A stretch of 64,000 nt of DNA from Squalus acanthias. Lineage: Eukaryota. A program made the translations under genes and the position numbers. The stretch is taken from NCBI GenBank assembly GCA_030390025.1, contig CM059431.1, positions 102,922,001 to 102,986,000 of the forward strand, given 5' to 3'. Positions 24,501 to 34,519 of this stretch are shown here, one piece after another. Numbering within the stretch: the stretch's first letter is position 1; each line of letters opens with the position of its first letter. Below the pieces are notes generated by a model that was not told the DNA's origin, did not search any database, and was given only the letters and a program-made list of their open reading frames with translations.

Positions 24501-25346
24501 GGGGGCGATTTTGCCAGCACTGGGGAGGCGGGTTTGGAGGCGGGATTGCCGGGAAAATGGCAGAATCTGGGAGCGGGTACCCATCCCGCCCCCAACCCGC
24601 CTCCGTGCCATCTTCCCAGGAGGCGGGTCCCCGACCCGCGCCGGGTCCCGTCTCCTCAAGGCGGGAAGGGGATTAGTGCCAATTAACTGCCTGTTAACAG
24701 ATAGTTAACAGGCAGTTTTTTGGCTAATCCCTATCTTGAGCCCTAAAGTGTGGGCTTCCCGACGGCTCCGAACCTCGCCAGGGTCAGCGAGGCGAGCTGT
24801 AGGTCCGCGGGGGTCGGAGGGGCCGAAATGTCCGGTGTGCAGGTGAGTGATGAGTGCAAGTGTGGAGAGGTAAGTGTGTGAGGTGAGTCTAAAGTGTTTT
24901 AATAAGATTACTCACCTTTGCTTCTTCCTCCAGGCTTCATCCCTTTAGGCTGCGGAGCTGCCTCATCTCACTGGCAGAGAAAGCAGAATGGCCGCTGCAT
25001 TCTTAAATGCAGCAGCCTTCTGTTTTCTGCTCTGGAAAGCTTTCTAAGTGAGTCTTGAATACAAGGACTCACCAAAGAACAGAGATTGTCAGTGTTTGAG
25101 AGCTTCTCAAAGCTGTCAAACGATGACAATTCATCTGTCAAAAATTTTTGACAGATGAAACGTCATACGCTGACGTCCTCTGTCACCGGCTTTCCCTTAA
25201 TTGGCCGGCTAAGCCTGCAGGGCGGGCTTGACAAGGTCAATCAAGGGAAAGTAGCGTGGGTTGGCCAGACGTCGATGGAGGCGGGACTAAAACCCGACAA
25301 GCAGCTTTCCCGCCTCCATCACGTCCCCATTGATAAAATCACCCCC
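24501..25346. mobile_element. MITE (PIF/Harbinger-like)
   Basis: gggggcgatttt ... aaaatcaccccc; flanks tga/taa. Confidence 0.82.
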
Positions 25347-25959
25347 TAAGTGTTTCGGGCACATATTTGTGCGTCCAATTTTTGCATCTAAAAATCCACA
25401 GAATTTAACATTCCTGCACTGTTGCCTGGATTGACCAATAATACACCCTACACTCTAGGGTTGTCTCTGTGGCTCACTCACTTGTTGGAGCTGGTGGCAC
25501 TTTGAGCGCAAAGCAGAAGGTGATGATAGTCAATGCTGATCAACAGAAGCTGAGCAACTTTTCTGTAGCTTAGTTTGCATTAACGCGACAGACATTGAGG
25601 GAATTGGATGAATACTTAAAGGATAAAAAATTGCAGGGTAACGGGGAAAGAGCAGGGGGGAGTGGAGCTAATTGGAGAGCTCTTTCAAAGAGACGACACA
25701 GGTGCGATGGGCCGAATGGCCTCCTTCTGTGCTGTATCATTCAATGATTCTATAAGGCTGAAGCCAGGCTGGAGTCCCTAGCACACAATGCAGGTGCATG
25801 ACTCTATGTATAGGAGTACCAGGTAGAATAGCTATAGTAAGCTTTTAAAATATTTATCCACATATTGGTACTCGTTCTGCAATGATTATACAAGGTCAGG
25901 TTTGGAGCATTACCTTATTAACCATCTAGGAGAAGAGATTAATAGTAGGCATTTAGCTG

Positions 25960-26397
25960 CGAGGAAAGATTGGATAGGCTGGAATTGTTTTCTTTGGAAC
26001 AGAGGAGGCTGAGGGGAGAATTGATTGAGGTGTATGAAATTATGAGGGGCCTAGATAGAGTGGATAGGAAGGACCTATTTCCCTTAGCAGAGAGGTCAAT
26101 AACCAGGGGGGCATAGATTTAAAGTAATTGGTAGAAGGATTAGAGGGGAGTTGAGGAGAACTTTTTTCACCCAGAGGGTGGTGGGGGGTCTGGAACTCAC
26201 TGCCTAAAAGGGTGGGAGAGGCAGAAACCCTCATCACATTTAAAAAGTACTTGGATATGCACTTGAAGTGCCGTAACCTACAGGGCTACGGACCAAGAGC
26301 TGGAAAGTGGGATTAGGCTGGATAGCTCTTTGTCGGCCAGCACAGACACGATGGGTCAAATGGCCTCCTTCTGTGCCGTAAATTTCTATGATTCTAT
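25960..26397 (+). mobile_element. CR1 3' fragment
   Basis: Matches 47445..47879; attctatg tail. A shorter CR1 tail lies at 25598..25753. Confidence 0.9.
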
Positions 26398-28145
26398 AAT
26401 AGATCAGCCTGTAGGGAGGTAATCTGGCATGAATGTACTGGGGAGAGATAAGGAGAAGGCCATAACGGTTTCTCATTAGTGATTAAACAGATGTTGTTGC
26501 GCAGACTCGTTGAAGGGAAACTTACCAGACGTAGTTAGAACGCGTTGACATGATGGCACTACATTAGGAGGACGTCATTAAACATCTAAAGACATAGACC
26601 CTGGGGACTTTTTGATCTAGTCTTGCTAAGGCTAGTGTAAGCAGGCAAGGTGACATGCTTTCGATCTCCTGAAGGAGTCCCTGATACGTGAGTTATAATG
26701 TTACAATCGGTACCTATTATCTCATATGCACTGCATATGAGGGGTTTTGTTTTATTATCTTATTCACTGGATTTAATAAAGTGTATTAACCAGATGTTTC
26801 AATGTTTCCTAGTCCTCAAACTTGTATTAGTGGTAAAGGATATATGGCAATATCCTATAATACCCCACATAAGGACAATGGGGATATATGGCAATATCCT
26901 GTAATACCCCACATAAGGACAATGGGGATATTTGGCAATATCCTGTAATACCCCACATAAGGACAATGGGGATATATGGCAATATCCTGTAATACCCCAC
27001 ATAAGGACATAGATACATAGAAGATAGGAGCAGGAGTAGGCCATCCGGCCCTTCGAGCCTGCTCCGCCATTTAATGAGATCATGGCTGATCCTCCAATTC
27101 AGTATCCCGTCCCCGCCTTCTCTCCGTAACCCTTAACCCCTTTTGCCTGTAGAAATATATCTAATTCCCTCTTAAATATATTTAATGAGCTGGCGTACAC
27201 TGCCCTCTGTGGCAATGAGTTCCACAGGTTCACCACCCTCTGAGTGAAGAAATTCCCCCTCATTTCTGTCCTAAATGGTTTAGCCCTTATCCTTAAATTA
27301 TGTCCTCTAGTTCTGTTCTCACCCGCCAAGGGAAACATTCCTTCTGCATCTAGTCTGTCTAGACCTGTCAGAATTTTATACACTTCTATGAGGTCCCCTC
27401 TCAATCTTCTAAACTCCAGTGTGTACATCCCTAAACTACATAGTCTCTCCTCATAGGTCAATCCCGCCATTCCTGGTATCAGCCTGGTGAATCGCCGCTG
27501 CACCCCCTCCATGGCAAGAACATCTTTCCTCAGATGAGGCGACCAAAACTGTACACAGTACTCGAGGTGTGGTCTCACCAGTGCCCTGTACAGCTGCAGC
27601 AAGGTATCCCTGTTCCTGTATTCCAACCCTTTTGCTATGAAGGCCAGCATACCGTTTGCCTTCTTGACCGCCTGTTGCACCTGCATGCTCGCCTTCAGTG
27701 ACTGGTGTACAAGAACACCCAGGTCTCTCTGTACTTCCCCCTCTCCCAATTTATTGCCATTTAAATAATAATTTGCCCTCCCGTTCCTGCACCCAAGGTG
27801 GATAACTTCGCACTTGTCCACATTATAGTGCATCTGCCATTTATCCGCCCAATCACCCAGTCTGTCCAAATCGCTCTGGAGCTTCCTGGTCTCCTCCTCT
27901 GAGCCCACCCCCCCTCCTAGTTTAGTGTCGTCTGCAAATTTGGAAATGCTGCATCCGACTCCCTGATCCAGGTCATTAATGTAAATTGTGAACAGCTGGG
28001 GACCCAGGACAGATCCCTGTGGTACCCCACTTGTTACTGCCTGCCATTCAGAAAATGAGCCGTTTATTCCAACTCTCTGTTTTCTATCTGACAAAATTGA
28101 GAGGTCGCACAACACCAGGTTATAGTCCAACAGTTTTATTTGAAA

Positions 28146-28183
28146 TCACAAGCTTTCGGAGCTATCACTCCTTCCTCAGGTGA
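28146..28183 (-). ncRNA. Minimal type I hammerhead ribozyme motif, 3' pLTR
   Basis: UCAC-CUGAGGA-A-GGAG/ugauag/CUCC-GAAA-GC-UU-GUGA, followed by AAUAAA. Confidence 0.78.
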
Positions 28184-28517
28184 AGTAAATTGGATACAGA
28201 ATCGCCAGAGCATATATAGATGGAAAAAAAAGCATGTGTACTTTACAATTGCAGACCAATAAATTAAATCATCCTGACTATCTGCCGAGGTGTGATAAAG
28301 TTAATTAAGTCAGCCAGGAAGGTACCACATCAAAAGACATAGCAAGATACAACTGAGACAATGAGGTGTAGTCGCAGGGGTTCCAACGTGTCAAAAGCTG
28401 CTGTCTGTATGTAAAACGAAAAGCTTTAAAAAAAAATTTACTTTTTTACTGGGAAAATTTTTACTTTTTTACTGGGAATCACATCTGTGAACAAGCTAAC
28501 GACGACTCGAGTCCGGA

Positions 28518-31196
28518 TCACGTCATGTATCGTGACATAAACCCAAGATCCCGATTGAGACCGTCTTCATGAGTTCGGAACTTGGCTATCAGTTTCTGCT
28601 CGATGATTTTGCGTTGTCGTGTGTTTCTAAGGTTGCCTTGGAGAACGCTTACCCGCAGATCCGAGGCTGAATGTCCTTGACTGCTGAAGTGTTCCCCGAC
28701 TGGGAGGTAACAATCCTGCCTGGCGATTGTTGCGCGGTGCTCGTTCATACGTTGTCTCAGTGTCTGCATGGTCTCGCCGATGTACCATGCCGCGGTGCAT
28801 TCTTTCCTGCAACGTATGAGGTAGACAACGTTGGCCGAGTCACATGAGTATGTACCATGTACCTGGTGGGTAGTGTCCTCACGTGTGATGGTGGTATCTG
28901 TGTTGATGATCTGGCATGTCTTGCAGAGTTTGCCATGGCAGGGTTGTGTGGTGTCGTGGTCGCTGTTATCCTGAAAGCTGGGTAATTTGCTGCGAACGAT
29001 GGTACTTCTGAGGTTAGGCGGCTGTTTGAAGGCAAGTAGTGGAGGCGTGGGGATGGCCTTAGCGAGGTGTTTGTCGTCATCGATGACATGTTGAAGGCTG
29101 CGAAGAACATGTCGTAGTTTCTCCGCTCCGGGGAAGTACTGGACGACGTAGGGTACCCTGTTGGTTGTGTCCCGTGTTTGCCTTCTGAGGAGGTCTATGC
29201 GATTTTTCGCTGTGGCCCGTCGGAACTGTCGATCGATGAGTCGAGCGTCATATCCCGTTCTTACGAGGGCGTTTTTCAGCGTCCGTAGGTGTCCATCGCG
29301 TTCCTCCTCGTCTGAGCAGATCCTGTGTATTCGCAGGGCTTGTCCATAGGGGATGGCTTCTTTAACATGGTTAGGGTGGAAGCTGGAGAAGTGGAGCATC
29401 GTGAGGTTGTCCGTGGGCTTGCGGTAGAGTGAAGTGCTGAGGTGTCCGTCTTTGATGGAGATTCGTGTGTCCAGGAATGAGACCGATTCTGAGGAGTAGT
29501 CCATGGTGAGTTTGATGGTGGGATGGAACTTGTTTATGTTATCGTGTAGTCTTTTCAGTGATCCTTCGCCATGGGTCCAAAGGAAGAAAATGTCGTCGAT
29601 GTATCTGGTGTACAGCGTTGGCTGGAGGTCCTGTGCAGCGAAGAAGTCTTGCTCGAACTTGTGCATGAAGATGTTGGCGTATTGGGGTGCGAATTTGGTC
29701 CCCATGGCTGTTCCGTGTGTTTGGGTAAAAAAATGGTTGTCGAAGGTGAAGACATTATGGTCAAGGATGAAGCGGATGAGTTGTAGGATGGCGTCTGGAG
29801 ATTGGCTGTTGTTGATGTTGAGTACTGAGGCTGTTGCAGCGATGCCGTCATCGTGGGGGATACTGGTGTAGAGTGCCGATACGTCCATCGTGGCAAGGAG
29901 TGTTCCTGGTTCAACTGGTCCGTGGGTGCTGAGTTTCTGTAAGAAGTCTGTAGTGTCGCGACAGAAGCTGGGGGTTCCCTGTACGATGGGTTTCAGAATG
30001 CCCTCGACGTATCCAGAGAGGTTCTCACACAGGGTTCCATTGCCTGATACGATAGGACGTCCGGGTGTGTTGGCTTTGTGTATCTTTGGGAGGCAGTAGA
30101 AGTCTCCCACGCGGGGAGTACGTGGGATGAGAGCGCGTAGGATGTTTTGAAGGTCTGGATCGAAGGTCTTGATCAGTCTATTGAGTTGGCGGGTGTGTTC
30201 TTTGGTCGGATCTGCGGGTAGCTGTCTGTAGTGTTCCTGGTTGTCCAGTTGTCGGTATGCTTCTTTACAATAGTCCGTTCTGTTCTGTATGACGATGGCT
30301 CCTCCTTTGTCCGCTGGTTTGATGACAATGTTGCGGTTGGTCTTGAGAGCGTGGATGGCGTTGCGTTGTGCTCGGGTGACATTCTGGACTGTCTTGTGAG
30401 TGCGGCTGATGAATCTGGCGTTGATGCATTTCCTGACAGCTTGAGCATACATGTCAAGCTTGGGGCAGCGACCCTCCGGAGGGGTCCAGTTTGACTCTTT
30501 TTTCTTCGGTTGCTGCACTGCGAGTCCCTCTGTCTGCTGTTCTGGATCATTGATTGTCTCATTGGGTTTGTTGCTGACATCTTGGGATTTGTGGAAGTAT
30601 TCCCGGAGCCTCATTCTCCTGATGAATTCCTCCGTGTCTGCCGCGAGACCGATGGGGTCCATTTTGGTGGTTGGGCAGAACTTGAGCCCTAGGGCGAGAA
30701 CTTCGATTTCGTCTGGTTGAAGGGTGTGGTCCGACAGGTTGACGATGGACTTCCCTGTGGTTGCAACCATGGTACCGGGGGAGGCTTGGTTGCTGCTGGT
30801 GGTGATGCCGAGTTTCTCAAGCTTCCTGTTCTTGATGCGCATGTAGGCAGCGTAGTTCCGTTGCCTCGTCTGTTTGGTGGTGTCTCGTAACTGGTCTGCT
30901 GTGTCCTGAGCACAGGCTGAGAGCATGGACTCTATCTTGGTTTCGAGGTTGTGGCGTTTGCTGTAGAGCTGGTGTACGAGATGGTTGAGGAGTGTGCGAG
31001 AGGTACGACGGCAGAGTCTCTCAGCGTAGTCTGTGTTGTATGTCGACTTGAGTGGGTTCGTGATCTGTAGTCCTTTCGGGATCTTGTCTGCTTTCTTGCA
31101 TCTCTGTAGATACTTGATGTCGGTGTCGATATGCGCGATCTTCTTGGCGATTCTCTCCACTTTGAGCCGGCAGTTTGTGGTGTCGATAGTGGTCAT
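28518..31196 (-). CDS. Penelope-like RT / GIY-YIG endonuclease polyprotein, 892 aa from first ATG (frame open from TTG at 31268)
   Basis: IKPADKGG, LPKIHK, PGRPIVS, MDVSALYTSIP, GTAMG, RYIDDIF, FLD; Zn finger PCHGKLCKTC; VVYLIRC...WYIGET...LRQRMNEH...IEQKLI...GLN; no internal stops. Confidence 0.96.
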   Translation of the reverse strand: MTTIDTTNCRLKVERIAKKIAHIDTDIKYLQRCKKADKIPKGLQITNPLKSTYNTDYAERLCRRTSRTLLNHLVHQLYSKRHNLETKIESMLSACAQDTADQLRDTTKQTRQRNYAAYMRIKNRKLEKLGITTSSNQASPGTMVATTGKSIVNLSDHTLQPDEIEVLALGLKFCPTTKMDPIGLAADTEEFIRRMRLREYFHKSQDVSNKPNETINDPEQQTEGLAVQQPKKKESNWTPPEGRCPKLDMYAQAVRKCINARFISRTHKTVQNVTRAQRNAIHALKTNRNIVIKPADKGGAIVIQNRTDYCKEAYRQLDNQEHYRQLPADPTKEHTRQLNRLIKTFDPDLQNILRALIPRTPRVGDFYCLPKIHKANTPGRPIVSGNGTLCENLSGYVEGILKPIVQGTPSFCRDTTDFLQKLSTHGPVEPGTLLATMDVSALYTSIPHDDGIAATASVLNINNSQSPDAILQLIRFILDHNVFTFDNHFFTQTHGTAMGTKFAPQYANIFMHKFEQDFFAAQDLQPTLYTRYIDDIFFLWTHGEGSLKRLHDNINKFHPTIKLTMDYSSESVSFLDTRISIKDGHLSTSLYRKPTDNLTMLHFSSFHPNHVKEAIPYGQALRIHRICSDEEERDGHLRTLKNALVRTGYDARLIDRQFRRATAKNRIDLLRRQTRDTTNRVPYVVQYFPGAEKLRHVLRSLQHVIDDDKHLAKAIPTPPLLAFKQPPNLRSTIVRSKLPSFQDNSDHDTTQPCHGKLCKTCQIINTDTTITREDTTHQVHGTYSCDSANVVYLIRCRKECTAAWYIGETMQTLRQRMNEHRATIARQDCYLPVGEHFSSQGHSASDLRVSVLQGNLRNTRQRKIIEQKLIAKFRTHEDGLNRDLGFMSRYMT

Positions 31197-31283
31197 GATG
31201 CGGAGATGCCGGTGTTGGACTGGGGTGGACAAAATTGAGAGGTCGCACAACACCAGGTTATAGTCCAACAGTTTTATTTGAAA

Positions 31284-31321
31284 TCACAAGCTTTCGGAGC
31301 TATCACTCCTTCCTCAGGTGA
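31284..31321 (-). ncRNA. Minimal type I hammerhead ribozyme motif, 5' pLTR
   Basis: Identical to 28146..28183, about 90 nt upstream of the ATG. Confidence 0.78.
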
Positions 31322-33707
31322 AGTAAATTGGATACAGAATCGCCAGAGCATATATAGATGGAAAAAAAAGCATGTGTACTTTACAATTGCAGACCAATAA
31401 ATTAAATCATCCTGACTATCTGCCGAGGTGTGATAAAGTTAATTAAGTCAGCCAGGAAGGTACCACATCAAAAGACATAGCAAGATACAACTGAGACAAT
31501 GAGGTGTAGTCGCAGGGGTTCCAACGTGTCAAAAGCTGCCGTCTGTATGTAAAACGAAAAGCTTTAAAAAAAAATTTACTTTTTTACTGGGAAAATTTTT
31601 ACTTTTTTACTGGGAATCACATCTGTGAACAAGCTAACGACGACTCGAGTCCGGATCACGTCATGTATCGTGACATAAACCCAAGATCCCGATTGAGACC
31701 GTCTTCATGAGTTCGGAACTTGGCTATCAGTTTCTGCTCGATGATTTTGCGTTGTCGTGTGTTTCTAAGGTTGCCTTGGAGAACGCTTACCCGCAGATCC
31801 GAGGCTGAATGTCCTTGACTGCTGAAGTGTTCCCCGACTGGGAGGTAACAATCCTGCCTGGCGATTGTTGCGCGGTGCTCGTTCATACGTTGTCTCAGTG
31901 TCTGCATGGTCTCGCCGATGTACCATGCCGCGGTGCATTCTTTCCTGCAACGTATGAGGTAGACAACGTTGGCCGAGTCACATGAGTATGTACCATGTAC
32001 CTGGTGGGTAGTGTCCTCACGTGTGATGGTGGTATCTGTGTTGATGATCTGGCATGTCTTGCAGAGTTTGCCATGGCAGGGTTGTGTGGTGTCGTGGTCG
32101 CTGTTATCCTGAAAGCTGGGTAATTTGCTGCGAACGATGGTACTTCTGAGGTTAGGCGGCTGTTTGAAGGCAAGTAGTGGAGGCGTGGGGATGGCCTTAG
32201 CGAGGTGTTTGTCGTCATCGATGACATGTTGAAGGCTGCGAAGAACATAACCTGGACTATAACCTGGTGTTGTGCGACCTTTCTATCTGACAGCCAGTTC
32301 TCTATCCACGTCAATACTTTCCCCTTTATCCCATGAGCTTCAATTTTCCATGCTAATCTTTTATGTGGGACCTTATCGAAGGCCTTTTGGAAGTCCAGGT
32401 ACACCACATCTACTGGCTCTCCCCCATCTATTTTACCAGTTACTCCCTCAAAAAATTCCAATAGATTAGTCAAGCACGATTTACCCTTTGTAAATCCATG
32501 TTGACTCTGTCCTATCCTGTCCCCATTTGCTAAGTGCTCCGCTATTTCATCCTTAATGATGGACTCCAGCATTTTGCCCACAACTGATGTAAGGCTTACA
32601 GGTCTGTAATTACCTGCTTTTTCCCTACCCCCCTTTTTTGAATAGTGGGGTAACGTTAGCTACCCTCCAATCCATGGGCACTGTTCCCGAGTCTAATGAA
32701 TTCTGAAAAATCATACTTAGTGCATCCGCTATCTCTAGGGCCACCTCCTTCAGTACCCTAGGATGCATGTTATCAGGCCCTGGGGATTTGTCCGCCTTCA
32801 ATCCCTTTAGCTTCCTTAACACCATATCCTTAGAGATATTGATTTGCGTCAGTTCCTCCTTTGCCAATGTCCCTATTTTTCCCGATATCCCAGGGAGGTT
32901 TTTTGTGTCTTCCTTCGTAAAGACTGACCCAAAGTATGCATTTAGTTGGTCTGCCATTTCCTTATTTCCCGTTATATATTCCCCCGTATCTGACTGCAAT
33001 GGACCAACTTTGGTTTTCACCAGTCTTTTCCTCTTGATATACTTATAAAAGCTTTTGGAGTTAGTTTTTATATTTTCCGCCAGCTTGCTTTCGTAAGCTA
33101 TTTTGCCCCTCTTGATTAAGCCCTTTGTCCTCCTTTGCTCTATCTTAAACTGTTCCCAATCTTCCGCTCTGGCGCTTTTTTTGGCTATTTTATATGCCCT
33201 ATCTTTGGATTTTATGCTGTCTCTAATTTCCCCTGTTATCCACGGTTGAGTCACCTTTTTAGATTTCCTTTTATGCCAGATTGGTATAAACAATTTTTGC
33301 AATTTTGTCATTCTATCTTTAAATGCTTGCCATTGTTTATCTACCTCCAGTCCTCCCAGGAACGTTGTCCAATCAGACCTACTCAGTTCCCGTCTAATGG
33401 CATCATAATTCCCCTTGTTTAAATTCAGGACCTTAGTCTCTGAGTCAATTTCTTCGTTCTCCATTTCGAGTGAGAAATCGATCATGTTATGATCGCTCTG
33501 ACCCAAGGGTCCCCGTACAACAAGATTACTAATTAGTCCCTTCTCATTGCACAGTACCCAGTCCAATATAGCCTGTTCCCGAGTTGGTTCCTCGACATAT
33601 TGATCCAGATAACCATCCCTTAAACACTCAATGGGGATATTTGGCAATATCCTGTAATACCCCACATAAGGACAATGGGGATGTATGGCAATATCCTGTA
33701 ATACCCC

Positions 33708-34519
33708 TGTAAGAATAAGACATTTGCTGTAAGAATTTGCTGTAACTTGACCAAACTTAAAAAGTTGACCGAATTTAATATACCAGCATGCTTCGGGCGG
33801 TTGAGAGGTTGGTTCCTGTGGGAACTTTGTACGAAAGCTGTTCATCAGATATGGAAGCGACAGACCCTGAGCAGGAACAAACAGCTGGGCGTTACAAAGA
33901 CCGGAACATCTTCAGGCAACCTGTGTGAACGGCTTTGGGGCCCACTGATAAGAAGAGGAAAACAACTGCCGACCATTTGTCACACAGTTTGGGACACACA
34001 CGCATTGAGGAGCCTGCCCAGGTTTGTAGGGTATAAGAGATGCTGTTTTAAGACACTCGGGGCTGCTCCAGTCAGGGGGAGCAACTTGGCCAGTTGCCTG
34101 TTGAAGTCGTACGTCTAGTCACTGCCAAACTGACCACTCGCTGGTGTTAGTACGTACGTAGTGTTGGCTTATAATCGTTTGAGCTTAAAGTAAAGGAATA
34201 AACCTGTGTTTGCTCAGATATAATCGGGAGTTATATATGCAACAGTTTTGTGTGAGCTTACTTGTAACCTCTTGCTGATTTTAAGTAACTTATTTTCGCT
34301 TGATCTTAAAGTAAGAGAATAAATCTTGTGTCTGCTTAGATATAATCAGGAGTATTATATCCAAAGGGTTTGTGTGAGCTCACTTGTAACCTCTTGCTGA
34401 TTTTAATAAAAAGAAAGTTATTCTCGAATCTTTGTGTTTTGTGTTGTCTGTTCCACGAGTCTGAACTTTGGAAACTGTTGGACGGATTAAAGGACAAGGG
34501 CGAATTTAAACATCTTACA
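33708..34519 (+). mobile_element. Solo LTR (812 bp) inserted in the 44-bp array
   Basis: Inverted termini TGTAAGA / TCTTACA, 4-bp TSD cccc, TATA-like gtataag near 34031, three AATAAA. Confidence 0.92.

Larger units (their letters stand above)
28094..32279 (-). mobile_element. Penelope-like retroelement (Neptune-type), 3138-bp unit plus partial tandem copy
   Basis: 28090..29110 repeats at 31228..32248; inverted 27-bp terminus at 32254..32280; TSD tttctatctgaca at 28081 and 32280. Confidence 0.96.
27009..33628 (-). mobile_element. 5'-truncated CR1 LINE (27009..28093 + 32280..33628) split by the Penelope element
   Basis: Long open ORF2 frames on both sides (DKSPGPDNMHPRVLKE, YLDFQKAFDKVPH, WLSDRK|QRVGING, KFADDTKL). 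Confidence 0.96.

Noticed and set aside
26799..27083. Repetitive ORFs (GYYRILPYIPIVLMWG...) here and at 34336..34848
   Set aside because: By-product of a stop-poor 44-bp repeat cycling through frames.
31228..32248. Assembly artefact as cause of the 1-kb duplication
   Set aside because: One internal mismatch, a flanking TSD and an inverted tip fit normal Penelope structure.
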